64,000 bases of DNA from Sedimentisphaerales bacterium (GTDB lineage Bacteria; Planctomycetota; Phycisphaerae; Sedimentisphaerales; SM23-30): positions 128,001 through 192,000 of the forward strand of contig CAXXFK010000001.1 in assembly GCA_963663965.2 (NCBI GenBank), written 5' to 3'. This document shows, in pieces, positions 1 through 9,703 of the stretch (its first letter is position 1; each line of letters starts with the position of its first letter). Position numbers and translations under genes: made by a program. The notes below the pieces were generated by a model. The model was not told where the DNA came from, did not search any database, and saw nothing but the letters and a program-made list of their open reading frames with translations.

Positions 1-1
1 T

Positions 2-3000
2 GAGTCAACCACCGCCGGAATACTGGTAAATGAAAATGCGGGGACCATCGACAATTGCTATGTTCAGGGAAGTATTACCGGCCAGAGCGTAGCAGGACTG
101 GCTGGCAGCAATCTTGGACAGATCAGCAACTGTTATGCGGCAGGAACGGTAACAGGAGATAATGCCAGTGGTCTGGTCAGTGATAATTCCTGTGAGATAA
201 TAAACAGTTATGCGGCGGTTATTGTAACGGGTAGTAACACCCAACTGGGACTGGCCAATGGCGAGTGCCGCAATTGTTTCTACGATATGGAGATCAGCGG
301 CGTCCCGGACGATGGCCGGGGCATGGGCCTGACCACCGGGCAGATGCAGACCCCGGCGACTTTTACCGAAGCCGGCTGGGATAGTGTCGGCGGCGGCGAT
401 GTAGTGGGTTCGTGGTCCTTCTCCACGGGCGACTACCCCCGTCTGGCCTGGCAGGAATATCCCTTGCAGTTAATGCCGGATGTCCGGGGCAAGACCGAAG
501 CCCAGGCCCGGGCGATATTGGCAGATCTGGGCATGGTAGTGGGCCAGACCTTTACCACTTACGAACCCGAACTGGAACCAGGTTTGGCGACTGGATTGGA
601 ACCACAGACCGGCACACTGGTATACAGCCATTTAATGCCGGTGCATGTGGTGGTGGCCCGCAACCGGAAATACGCCGGCGGCAGCGGAACACCTGACGAT
701 CCCTACTTAATAGACAATCCCGGTGACTGGCTGGATTTGATGCGGACTCCGGAAGATAGTGACAAGCATTTCATTTTGGCCTCCGATCTGGATTTTGCCG
801 GACTCCATTTTCAATCAATCTGTTTTTCGGGTGATCTGGACGGTGGCAGCCATATCCTTAAGCATACCTATGGTTCAAGAGGAATATTTTTTGAAAATTA
901 CGGGGAGATTCGAAATCTGGGATTAAATAACATTCACATTACCGATAAGGGGAATTCGTATATTCCCGCTATTCTGGTAAATGATAATTATGGGAAGCTA
1001 GAGAGTTGTTATGTGGATGGGTCTATTACTGGAGGATGGGTAAGTGGTCTGGCCGGTCAGAATTATGGCCGGATTTGCAATTGCTATGTTACTGGCGAAG
1101 TCAAAGGGGATTTTGCCTTGGGGCTGGTGGGAGAAAATTCTGGCTACATAGAAAACTGCTTTACGGCAGCCAGGATACAAGGCGGTCAATATAGTCATGG
1201 CCTGACAGACGGCGAGTGCCGCAATTGTTTCTACGATATGGAAATCAGCGGCGTCCCGGACGATGGCCGGGGCATGGGCTTGACCACCAGGCAGATGCAA
1301 ACCCCGGCGACTTTTACCGAAGCCGGTTGGGATAGTGTCGGCGGCGGCGATGTAGTGGGCTCGTGGTCCTTCTCCACGGGCGACTACCCCCGTCTGGCCT
1401 GGCAGGAATACCCCTTGCAGTTAATGCCGGATGTCCGGGGCAAAACCGAAGCCCAGGCCCGGGCGATTCTGACTGATCTGGGCATGGCAGTGGGCCAGAC
1501 CTTTACCACTTACGAACCGGAACTGGAACCAGGATTGGCAGCCGGTCTGGAACCGCAAACCGGCACACTGGTGTACAGCCATTTAATGACGGGACATGTG
1601 GTGGTGGCCCGCAACCGGAAATACGCCGGCGGCAGCGGAACTTATAACGATCCCTATTTAATGGACAATCCCGGCGACTGGCTGGATTTGACGCGGACTC
1701 CGGATGATGAGGACAAGCAGTTTTTTTTGACCTCCGATCTGGATTTTGCCGGTCTCCATTTGAAACCAATCGTATTTTCAGGTCTTCTGGATGGTGGTGG
1801 TCATGTGCTTAAGCATGCCTATGGTTCTTATGCGATATGTTATCGAAATAGAGGCTTGATTCGAAATCTCGGTTTGGAAAATATTAATATTGCACAGACG
1901 GATTATTTTGAATCTGTCGGCATTTTGGTTATAAGGAATTATGGCGCTATAGAGAATTGCTTTGTGGCAGGAACTATTACTGGAGGATGGGTAAGTGGTC
2001 TGGCCGGTCAGAATTATGGCAGGATTCGCAATTGCTATGTTTCTGGCGAAGTCAAAGGGGATTTTGCCTTGGGGCTGGTGGGAGAAAATTCTGGCTACAT
2101 AGAAAACTGCTTTGCGGCAGCCAGGATACAAGGCGGTCAATATAGTCATGGCCTGACAGACGGCGAGTGCAGCAATTGTTTCTACGATATGGAGATCAGC
2201 GGCGTCCCGGACGATGGCCGGGGCATGGGCCTGACCACCGGGCAGATGCAGACCCCGGCGACTTTTATCACAGCCGGTTGGGATAGTGTCGGCGGCGGCG
2301 ATGTAGTGGGCTCGTGGTCCTTCTCCACGGGCGACTACCCCCGTCTGGCCTGGCAGGAATACCCCTTGCAGTTAATGCCGGATGTCCGGGGCAAAACCGA
2401 AGCCCAGGCCCGGGCGATTCTGACTGATCTGGGCATGGCAGTGGGCCAGACCTTTACCACTTACGAACCGGAACTGGAACCAGGTTTGGCAGCCGGTCTG
2501 GAACCGCAAACCGGCACTCTGGTGGTATACAGCCATTTAATGACGATGCATGTGGTGGTGGCCCGCAACCGGAAATACGCCGGCGGTAGTGGAACGCCTG
2601 ACGATCCCTATTTCATTGACAATCCCGGCGACTGGCTGGATTTGGCACGGACTCCGGAAGATCAGGACAAGCAGTTTATCTTGACCTCGGACCTGGATTT
2701 TACCGGCCTGGCATATCAAGGCCTTAATTTTTCAGGTGTCCTGGAAGGCAATGGGCATGTTCTGAATCATATTCATTATGACATGAGTATCTTGGGGGTT
2801 AATTGGGGTACGATTCGAAATGTGGGTTTAGAAAGTGTAAAGGTGGTATCTGGCGAACCTTATTCTGGGATGCTGGCTAGAGGGAATGCCGGATTAATTG
2901 AAAATGTCTATGTACAAGGATATATTTATAATAATAGGTATAGCGCAGGTTTGGTTCATGGCAATGTGGGGAACATTCGGAATTGTTATGCGATAGGTAC

Positions 3001-4174
3001 CATTGAGGCCGGCAATATTGCCTGTGGATTGGTAAATAATAACCACGGCACAATTCAGAATTGTTATGCCGTTACCAATTTAAAGGCAAACCAGTGTTTT
3101 GGATTGGCATATGAGAATGAATATCTCGATCAAGTATCAGGATGTTTTTGGAACAAGGAAATCGCTGGAACGACAGAAAGCGCATTTGGATTGGGTGTAG
3201 CGACTGAACAAATGCAGGATATTTATGGTTATCTGTCCAAAGGCTGGGATTTTGTCGGCGAGACGGATAACGGCGCCAACGATATCTGGCGGATGCCCTG
3301 TCATCAACCGGGCTATCCGATTCTGGCCTGGCAGCGGGACATCCCCGGCGATATCGCCGGCGGCCCGACGGTGGATATGCACGATTTCGACCTCCTTTCA
3401 CGAAACTGGCTGGAGGATGATCGATTTTATCATGGTGGCGCTTTGTCGCAAATGGATGGGATTGTCGATGGGGTCGAATTGGCTGAAATGGCGGAACATT
3501 GGCTGGCGGTTCATAACGATCTGATCCCCGATCCCATGGTGTCCTTTTGGACCTTTGACCAGGACGCCCGGGATAGTCAGGCAGTCAACGATGGCGAATT
3601 AATGAATGGCGCCCGGGTTGCTGTCGGCGATGGCGAAGCCGTTCGCGGTGCCGGGGCATTGCGTCTTGACGGTGTGGATGATGTCGTCTATTGCCGTGAT
3701 CATTTGTATTATTACCCTGGCGCATTACTGAGTGTGTCATTATGGTTCCGGGCGGATTCTATCTCTTCCGATAATACCATGCACCTGATCGGCCGGCGTG
3801 ATCAGTCAGACCACATCTGGAGCCTGCAACTCTGGGGCGCTCACAGTGGACATCTGTCTGGCTTTGTCGGCGGTGAAAATTCCTATGCGTTAACCGAAAC
3901 CAGTTTCACCCCCGAACCGGGCCGCTGGTATCATGTCGCTATGACCTATGATGATCTCGGCGATCGAAAAGTACGCCTTTATGTCGATGGCGTGGATTTA
4001 GGTTTCATCCAGCAATCCGCTGTGTCTGGTGGCAGACTGACAAGTGAATCGATCCCGATAACCATCGGCGACCGAACCGGCGGCGGACGCCCGTTTGCCG
4101 GCAATATCGACGATGTCCGTATCTACCGTCGCATCCTTACCCCGGCAGAAATATCCTCGTTAGTCAACCCATAA
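2..4174 (+). CDS. Large surface protein (5' end outside window): tandem GLUG-like + PASTA-like modules, dockerin-like EF-hand segment, C-terminal LamG-like domain
   Basis: Frame is open from base 2 into the listed ORF at 287. It has GL(A/V)GxNxGxIxNCY repeats, YAGGSGTxxDPYLI motifs, MPDVRGKTEAQARAILxDLG (PASTA-like), GDIAGGPTVDMHDF..WL, and WYHVAMTYD..LYVDG..FAGNIDDVRIY (LamG). Confidence 0.85.
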   Translation, partial: ESTTAGILVNENAGTIDNCYVQGSITGQSVAGLAGSNLGQISNCYAAGTVTGDNASGLVSDNSCEIINSYAAVIVTGSNTQLGLANGECRNCFYDMEISGVPDDGRGMGLTTGQMQTPATFTEAGWDSVGGGDVVGSWSFSTGDYPRLAWQEYPLQLMPDVRGKTEAQARAILADLGMVVGQTFTTYEPELEPGLATGLEPQTGTLVYSHLMPVHVVVARNRKYAGGSGTPDDPYLIDNPGDWLDLMRTPEDSDKHFILASDLDFAGLHFQSICFSGDLDGGSHILKHTYGSRGIFFENYGEIRNLGLNNIHITDKGNSYIPAILVNDNYGKLESCYVDGSITGGWVSGLAGQNYGRICNCYVTGEVKGDFALGLVGENSGYIENCFTAARIQGGQYSHGLTDGECRNCFYDMEISGVPDDGRGMGLTTRQMQTPATFTEAGWDSVGGGDVVGSWSFSTGDYPRLAWQEYPLQLMPDVRGKTEAQARAILTDLGMAVGQTFTTYEPELEPGLAAGLEPQTGTLVYSHLMTGHVVVARNRKYAGGSGTYNDPYLMDNPGDWLDLTRTPDDEDKQFFLTSDLDFAGLHLKPIVFSGLLDGGGHVLKHAYGSYAICYRNRGLIRNLGLENINIAQTDYFESVGILVIRNYGAIENCFVAGTITGGWVSGLAGQNYGRIRNCYVSGEVKGDFALGLVGENSGYIENCFAAARIQGGQYSHGLTDGECSNCFYDMEISGVPDDGRGMGLTTGQMQTPATFITAGWDSVGGGDVVGSWSFSTGDYPRLAWQEYPLQLMPDVRGKTEAQARAILTDLGMAVGQTFTTYEPELEPGLAAGLEPQTGTLVVYSHLMTMHVVVARNRKYAGGSGTPDDPYFIDNPGDWLDLARTPEDQDKQFILTSDLDFTGLAYQGLNFSGVLEGNGHVLNHIHYDMSILGVNWGTIRNVGLESVKVVSGEPYSGMLARGNAGLIENVYVQGYIYNNRYSAGLVHGNVGNIRNCYAIGTIEAGNIACGLVNNNHGTIQNCYAVTNLKANQCFGLAYENEYLDQVSGCFWNKEIAGTTESAFGLGVATEQMQDIYGYLSKGWDFVGETDNGANDIWRMPCHQPGYPILAWQRDIPGDIAGGPTVDMHDFDLLSRNWLEDDRFYHGGALSQMDGIVDGVELAEMAEHWLAVHNDLIPDPMVSFWTFDQDARDSQAVNDGELMNGARVAVGDGEAVRGAGALRLDGVDDVVYCRDHLYYYPGALLSVSLWFRADSISSDNTMHLIGRRDQSDHIWSLQLWGAHSGHLSGFVGGENSYALTETSFTPEPGRWYHVAMTYDDLGDRKVRLYVDGVDLGFIQQSAVSGGRLTSESIPITIGDRTGGGRPFAGNIDDVRIYRRILTPAEISSLVNP
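260..2710 (+). repeat. Intragenic tandem repeat, 951-bp period (317 aa), about 2.6 copies visible
   Basis: ggcgagtg..caattgtttctacgatatgga recurs at 260, 1211 and 2162, followed by long near-identical blocks. Confidence 0.95.
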
Positions 4175-4375
4175 TCAAGAATATGGACGTTAACCAGATT
4201 CTTAGCCCGTTATGAATCAAGCGATCCTGGCTGATTATTAGCGACTTCACTCCCATCATTCGCTCCGTACTAAATCCCCGCCTTTAAAAAAATTCAACTC
4301 CAGGCCCAGCCACTTTTCCCCCTCCCATCATTCCCCACTCGTTCCGGAATTTATCCCGATATTCATCGGGACTCC

Positions 4376-4569
4376 CTTCACTTCCTCCACGGTGAAAATG
4401 CATTTCATTTTCCCCTTCCGTGTCTTTCCGTGTTTTTCTGTGGTTATATCTTCTTATATTTCAATATCTTAACTAATTTTTATCTGCGTCTATCTGCGTT
4501 CATCTGCGGATAAACCGGCCGTTAATTCTTCCTCTTAACTTCATGCCCTTCACGATCTTCATGGTGAAA
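4376..4569. repeat. Cluster of short 9-10-nt-periodic REP-like units
   Basis: cccttcacttcctccacggtgaaa; ttccgtgtctttccgtgtttttctgtggtta; atctgcgtctatctgcgttcatctgcggataaa; cttcatgcccttcacgatcttcatggtgaaa. Confidence 0.7.
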
Positions 4570-4613
4570 GTTTCTTATATTATGTATTTTTTCTATTTAA
4601 TTTTATTATTTAT

Positions 4614-4642
4614 TTGACCATTATTGAAATGTGACCTATAAT
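4614..4642 (+). promoter_or_regulatory. Sigma70-type promoter of gene X copy 1
   Basis: TTGACC-17 bp-TATAAT. Confidence 0.75.
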
Positions 4643-4703
4643 CCCAACAGTCGGCCACCAACGGTCAAACACGAAACATTACTAAGGTTTAAAGGAGGCT
4701 CCC

Positions 4704-4955
4704 ATGAATCGTTCCATGCAAATTCTCGCCCGTGCCCAATACTACCACCGCCCCGAAATCAACAACCTGTTCCTCGCCACCATCAACACCACCCGCCGCC
4801 AACATCAATACATTATCGACACCCACTCCTACCACTGCGAACTGGCCGGCCTGATCGCCTACGACCGCCGCGACTACAAACTCCGCGCCACCCGCGCCGG
4901 CCACCAGGCCCTCCAACGCCTCGTCGTCCAGTCCCGCTCCGCAATAAAAAGATAG
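4704..4955 (+). pseudogene. 3'-truncated copy of unknown gene X (paralog of 9704..10489)
   Basis: RBS aaggagg. Near-identical to 9704-9939 up to ..VVQSRS, then similarity stops abruptly. Confidence 0.8.
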
Positions 4956-5170
4956 TCGGCCCAGCGCAGATCCTCATCCTGAAGGACGCTGACATTCTGT
5001 TCGATCAACCGCCTTTCGAAGGATTCCGGCAGCATGGCGGCCACGGTCAGCAATCCAGGCGGCGGTTGGTGCGCTTTCTTGGAAATAAACGGCATGACGG
5101 TCTTCATACTCCAGAAGGTATTGGGTGTTTCTGGATTGACCAGTAATATTTTTAAGTGTTGTTTATTCAT
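4940..5170 (-). pseudogene. N-terminal fragment of a B12-binding-domain radical SAM protein
   Basis: KILLVNPETPNTFWS..PPPGLLTVAAMLP..DLRWADYLFI. No CxxxCxxC domain follows; the fragment abuts truncated gene X. Confidence 0.75.
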
Positions 5171-5696
5171 GTATAATCTATCCGCAATCACTTATATTGT
5201 TGGCCAGATTGAGTGAAATATCGTAAAAAGATATTTCTCCGGATTGCGGATGCGATCATCCGCCGGAACACGTGAGGCAAATGGACCGCATTCATCGATT
5301 AATCCTGAAAAGGAAACATCCCTGTATCGCAAATATGCCCAATAAATTATTATACTCACGCAATTGGGTTTAAGGCAATGTAAAATTATAAATAGGCCGT
5401 GCATTTTCCTAAATCCCACTCATTGGGTGGTGAGGTTATCAATCAAACAAGCGATAGTACCGAAAAAAATGCGCTGTGTTTATTTTCTGACAATCGCTAA
5501 ATAGCCTAACCCGGCAGGGCCGCGCCAAACAGGGTTCCAGTTAGGCAACTGTTTTGCCGTTGAGATTTCCTGGCCATTTTGCGCATGAATTCATTTGTAA
5601 GAGTCTAAAGGGCTTACAAAAGAGAGCGCGCTTAGTGCCGGATGCTCCTAGGCAAAGCGGCTTGATTCTGGCACCGCAGACTAAAAAATCAGGGTT

Positions 5697-6377
5697 CTAC
5701 TGAATACTCCAAGTATATGCCGGATCGGACCGCACTTGCCCGACCGGGGATAACCTGGACGGCGGCAGGGGTTCGAGTAAATGAATCACCCGCGCCAACT
5801 CGATCAGGGTCTCGACCCGTAGCTTGCGCATGACATTGGAACGATGATAATCCACGGTTTTGGGGCTGATGGCCAGTTCACGGGCGACGATCTTGTTATT
5901 TTTGCCCAACAACAGGTGATTGAGCACCTGCCGTTCGCGGTCGGTCAGAGTATTGAGCTTTGCGTTGATTTGATCATGATGGTCGGTTTGATTCCGCCGG
6001 CATTCGTCATCCTTGACAGCCCGCTGGATATTATCCAGCAAAACCTGCGAACGAAACGGTTTTTCGATAAAATTGAAGGCGCCGCGCTTGATCGCTTCGA
6101 CCGCCATGGCGATATCGCCATAGGCGGTGATAAAGATGATCGGTACGTACATCTGGTGTTGATTGAGATATTCCTGTATCTCCAAACCGCTCATCTCCGG
6201 GATACGCACATCCAATACCAGACAACTGGGCAGGTTGTTTTCCAGAGCCGCTAACAGATCATCCGCGCGATTAAAGGTGTGGGCGCGCAGCCCCACGGTT
6301 TCCAACATGACACGAATGGTGACACAGACATCCTCATCATCGTCGAGGATATAGACATAAGGCTCTTTGTTTTCCAT
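5697..6377 (-). CDS. FixJ/LuxR-family response regulator (REC + HTH)
   Basis: ILDDD, LVLDVRIPEMSG, FIEKPF, LTDRERQVL..NKIVARELAISPKTVDYHRSNVMRKL. Start moved to MENKEPY. Confidence 0.92.
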   Translation of the reverse strand: MENKEPYVYILDDDEDVCVTIRVMLETVGLRAHTFNRADDLLAALENNLPSCLVLDVRIPEMSGLEIQEYLNQHQMYVPIIFITAYGDIAMAVEAIKRGAFNFIEKPFRSQVLLDNIQRAVKDDECRRNQTDHHDQINAKLNTLTDRERQVLNHLLLGKNNKIVARELAISPKTVDYHRSNVMRKLRVETLIELARVIHLLEPLPPSRLSPVGQVRSDPAYTWSIQ

Positions 6378-6742
6378 AGTTTTCACCTCGGAATCAAAAT
6401 GATTTTCCAAGCTTGGCAATACACATCATTCGAGCACGCTTCAGGGGCAACGTTAAATTTGAAAAGAGGCACGGACGCTTTCCCTAAGTCGCTTGACCGG
6501 CGCCCGTAACCTGCTCTTCATGTCCGGTTTCGCACCACGGCTCACTAAACCCCATTCGCCATTCGGTATCAGGCACAACTACCTGGCATCTCATGCTTCG
6601 TTATGTCCGTCCGCCGGAAGAAAACGGCTTTCTCAGCCAACAGGTTTTCACTGCGTGGTGAACAAACGCAAGTAATGCACCTAAATCCATATGGCGATAT
6701 TTCCCATTCGCAACTGCCGTGCTGCGAAGCTCCAGACTATTC

Positions 6743-6835
6743 CTACCAATTAACGCCATGACAGCCACTTAGTGAGAATGCCAGCGCCATCAAGACAAAT
6801 AATAACACGATTTTATATATTGAGTTCTCTTTCAT
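6743..6835 (-). CDS. 30-aa micro-ORF with lipoprotein signal (MKENSIYKIVLLFVLMALAFSLSGCHGVNW)
   Basis: Hand-translated. ggag RBS, hydrophobic core, LSG-C lipobox. Confidence 0.45.
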   Translation of the reverse strand: MKENSIYKIVLLFVLMALAFSLSGCHGVNW

Positions 6836-7021
6836 TTTAAAGTCTCCAAAAATATTTTCAATTACTTACCATCGATAACTTACGCACATTGGCCAGAAAT
6901 CTCAAGAGGGAGCCGGATGCGGCTGTGCCCCTGTTAGTTTAGATTGCCGTCAATAGAATCCACATCAACTCCCTAACCCCAACCTCCCGGTGCTCGGTAC
7001 ACGCACACTGCCGGCCATGGA

Positions 7022-7432
7022 TTATGGCGCGGCAACCTTAACAATAAATACCGTCATGGTCGATTCGCCGGTTTTGGGAACACCTTTGACCGCAATGCGA
7101 TAATCGCCCAGAGCGGCATTACTGGCCGCGGCAACGCGAAGCTGCACCTCCGCCTTTTCGCTGGCCTTGATCGTCAAACTGTCCGGATCGACACTGAGGC
7201 CGGCCGGCGCTGTTATTTGCAGTTTGACATCCTGTTTGAAATAATCGCCCCGTATCAGCGAAATGGCCACGGATTGGATTTGACCCTGTTTGATTTCCGT
7301 GGCAAAGGTCGGGACGGCGATAGTGAATCCTTTGCCTTTCTGAACACTGCCGCCCTTCTGACTGCTTGTTTGACAGCCAGACACCACCGCCAGTGCTAAC
7401 ATAAACGACATTACCATTGCTGTTTTCATCAT
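7022..7432 (-). CDS. Lipoprotein with a small beta-sandwich-like domain
   Basis: Signal with VSG-C lipobox; beta-rich mature part; aagga RBS. Confidence 0.7.
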   Translation of the reverse strand: MMKTAMVMSFMLALAVVSGCQTSSQKGGSVQKGKGFTIAVPTFATEIKQGQIQSVAISLIRGDYFKQDVKLQITAPAGLSVDPDSLTIKASEKAEVQLRVAAASNAALGDYRIAVKGVPKTGESTMTVFIVKVAAP

Positions 7433-7467
7433 GATTTCCTTAATTTATTTTATCCCGGAATCTTACC

Positions 7468-7604
7468 CTACTCCATGGCTTTGTCGATGGGCAAATCGGT
7501 AAAAGACGGGATACATCGGAACTGAATAAATTGGACGCAGAAACGCCATAGACCGTCAGTATGACACCAACCGTCAGAAGCGCTATTGAAGTTAAATTGT
7601 TCAT
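7468..7604 (-). pseudogene. DUF3185-like small membrane protein, frameshifted and truncated
   Basis: MNNLTSIALLTVGVILTVYGVSASNLFSSDVSRL, then FTDLPIDKAME* in another frame. Confidence 0.6.
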
Positions 7605-7643
7605 AAACATTTTCTTTTGTCATCGGTATTGACCGAAAACCGG

Positions 7644-7793
7644 TCACACCACTCTTCGTCCACTGATAAACCGGACCAAGATCAGGATGAGGGCGATAAC
7701 CAGCAGAATATGGATAAAACCGCCCATGGTGTAGGATGAAACAAGTCCTAAAAGCCATAATACGACTAAAACAACAGCTAAAGTATAAATCAT
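7644..7793 (-). CDS. lmo0937-family (DUF5670) 49-aa membrane protein
   Basis: Hand-translated MIYTLAVVLVVLWLLGLVSSYTMGGFIHILLVIALILILVRFISGRRVV; gaaagga RBS. Confidence 0.85.
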   Translation of the reverse strand: MIYTLAVVLVVLWLLGLVSSYTMGGFIHILLVIALILILVRFISGRRVV

Positions 7794-7926
7794 AACAGAA
7801 TTCCTTTCTGAAGATCAGGTTAAGCATCCGTAGTGGGCGACCCTGCCGCCCGATCCACTGGATCTCACCCTCAAAGTTTGATTCACACGCATCTGGTTGT
7901 TATTTTCTCAACAAGCGGCCGGGCCG

Positions 7927-8619
7927 TTAATCTTGTTTCCGATCGCGATGGTTCTTCCATTCTTCCAGATAGCGGGCTGCGGCATCTTTGCCGCCCAATC
8001 CGAACGCCAAGGCCAGTGCCAGACAAATCCCGCCCAACACCATATTAAAGGCGGTCGTTACCAGCAACGGGGCGATGCCAAGCTGTTCCATGGAAATCGC
8101 CACCGCAAAGACGATAATGGCCCAACGGCTAATCCCGGCTAACAACTTGGGTCTGGGCAACTGGGCATTACCGGCAGCCGTACTCACGATGCCGGCCACC
8201 AGTGTGGCCAGAAACAGCGCCACCACCAGCACTAACAGTGCGCCAATGACCTTGGGGACATAAGCGAACAGGCTAGCTAAGGTGACGGTTCCACTGGGCA
8301 ATCCCAGGGCATTGACCACTATAACCAGCACCATGATAATAATCAGCCAATAAACCAGACCGCTGACCACCTTGCTGACGGTTGTTTTCAGTTTCCCTTT
8401 GCTGAGTACTTCCGTTATCCCGGCCTTGTCGGCCAGCAGATCGAACCGGATCGTCGTCAGTAACCATTCTACTAACCGCCGGATGGTCTTGGCAACCAGC
8501 CACCCGACCACCAAAATGATCAAAGCGCCCAGCAGAACAGGCAGATAAGCTATGATCTGCCTTAACATGTCCTGAACTGGTTCTACTATCAGGGTATCCC
8601 ATTCGAATTTTGCCAACAT
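7927..8619 (-). CDS. Membrane protein with TM_helix repeats (CmpX / MscS N-terminal-like)
   Basis: YLPVLLGALIILVVGWLVAK and YVPKVIGALLVLVVALFLA repeats; LALALAFGLGGKDAA. Confidence 0.8.
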   Translation of the reverse strand: MLAKFEWDTLIVEPVQDMLRQIIAYLPVLLGALIILVVGWLVAKTIRRLVEWLLTTIRFDLLADKAGITEVLSKGKLKTTVSKVVSGLVYWLIIIMVLVIVVNALGLPSGTVTLASLFAYVPKVIGALLVLVVALFLATLVAGIVSTAAGNAQLPRPKLLAGISRWAIIVFAVAISMEQLGIAPLLVTTAFNMVLGGICLALALAFGLGGKDAAARYLEEWKNHRDRKQD

Positions 8620-8708
8620 GTTTTATCTCCTGAATCAATGATTAATGATTGTCTGCCGATAATTTGGTGTCTGAGGGGCTGAACGATTCGTTTCAGACCG
8701 GGGCCCGG

Positions 8709-8906
8709 TTATGCCTCTTCAGCCTGCTGCCATATTTGCTTGCTTTGACCCTGGGGACACCCCTTCTCGACATAAATTCGATACGCCCGTTTGGCGATCT
8801 CTTCGTGAGTCGCCTTAGCGGGTGCGACTTCATGGTCGATCGGGAGGGCAGGTTGCGCCGCCGATGGTATGTTTGACGGGCAACGGGCTGTCGTTTCCAG
8901 CACCAT
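8709..8906 (-). CDS. DUF2934-domain protein, probably the remnant of a longer gene
   Basis: HEEIAKRAYRIYVEKGCPQGQSKQIWQQAE. The same frame stays open upstream apart from one TAG. Confidence 0.65.
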   Translation of the reverse strand: MVLETTARCPSNIPSAAQPALPIDHEVAPAKATHEEIAKRAYRIYVEKGCPQGQSKQIWQQAEEA

Positions 8907-9598
8907 TCTAATCTACCGGGGCGCCACTGCGGGCACCGCTTCCGTCGGCTGGAATCCTGCTTCCCGCACCGGCTTCGTCATTCGGTGTTCCGAGCCCCCC
9001 CGTCACTTTCGGCTGTTGGTCAACCCGCGCTTCCAGTGCTTTTTCTCTTTTTATAAATTTTACCAAAATTGAATCCCTTCATTTTATCCGGGCGATTTAC
9101 CAGGACAGTAGATCACATACGTGTTCTTTGATTGTCCTGTCTATTAAGATGATAGCCATACCGAATGGATCTGTAAATCAGCACAGAAGCTGATTTGTAT
9201 GTAGGCAGAATCATTAAGATACCTGTCATCCATTTACCCTATCTGGATATCAATCGGGGTAGACCAACCGCGATACCAGCCGGATAATCGAGGTTTTAAC
9301 CGGGTCCCCATACTCCGGGGCCACTTGAAATGTGCGTTGACGCCACCCCCGTTGTGAAATATATACTCTATTAAGTGTGAAAATTCCTGATCGCTCGAAG
9401 ATAACAAATACTCGTCATATATTTGTCTCCCGGCGCAACGGGAACATTCAATTGTAAATGGTATCTTTCGAGCTCTTAACGCTCACTATCTGACCTCAGG
9501 GTGGCTGCAAAAACGTTCAGTTGCCGGCGGACCTGTTTTCTTAATACACATACATATAATAATTATATGTTATTTTTATAATATATTTACTAATTACA

Positions 9599-9627
9599 TT
9601 GACTATTGTCATAACATCCCCTATAAT
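9599..9627 (+). promoter_or_regulatory. Sigma70-type promoter of gene X copy 2
   Basis: TTGACT-17 bp-TATAAT, followed by the same 29-nt leader as copy 1. Confidence 0.75.
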
Positions 9628-9703
9628 CCCAACAGTCGGCCGCCAACGGTCAAACCCAGAATGGTTTTTTATTAATTTGGTCTTAAGAAAAAGAGGTGAA
9701 TCC

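Noticed and set aside
260..3160. Diversity-generating retroelement TR/VR pair
   Set aside because: Differences involve all bases rather than adenines only, all copies lie in one ORF, and no reverse transcriptase is present.
6420..6740. Histidine kinase remnant upstream of the response regulator
   Set aside because: Only a faint ..ASFQ..TLPL-like trace; not enough to call.
7468..7827. 119-aa ORF in the track
   Set aside because: The real coding signal is in other frames (lmo0937-like and DUF3185-like).
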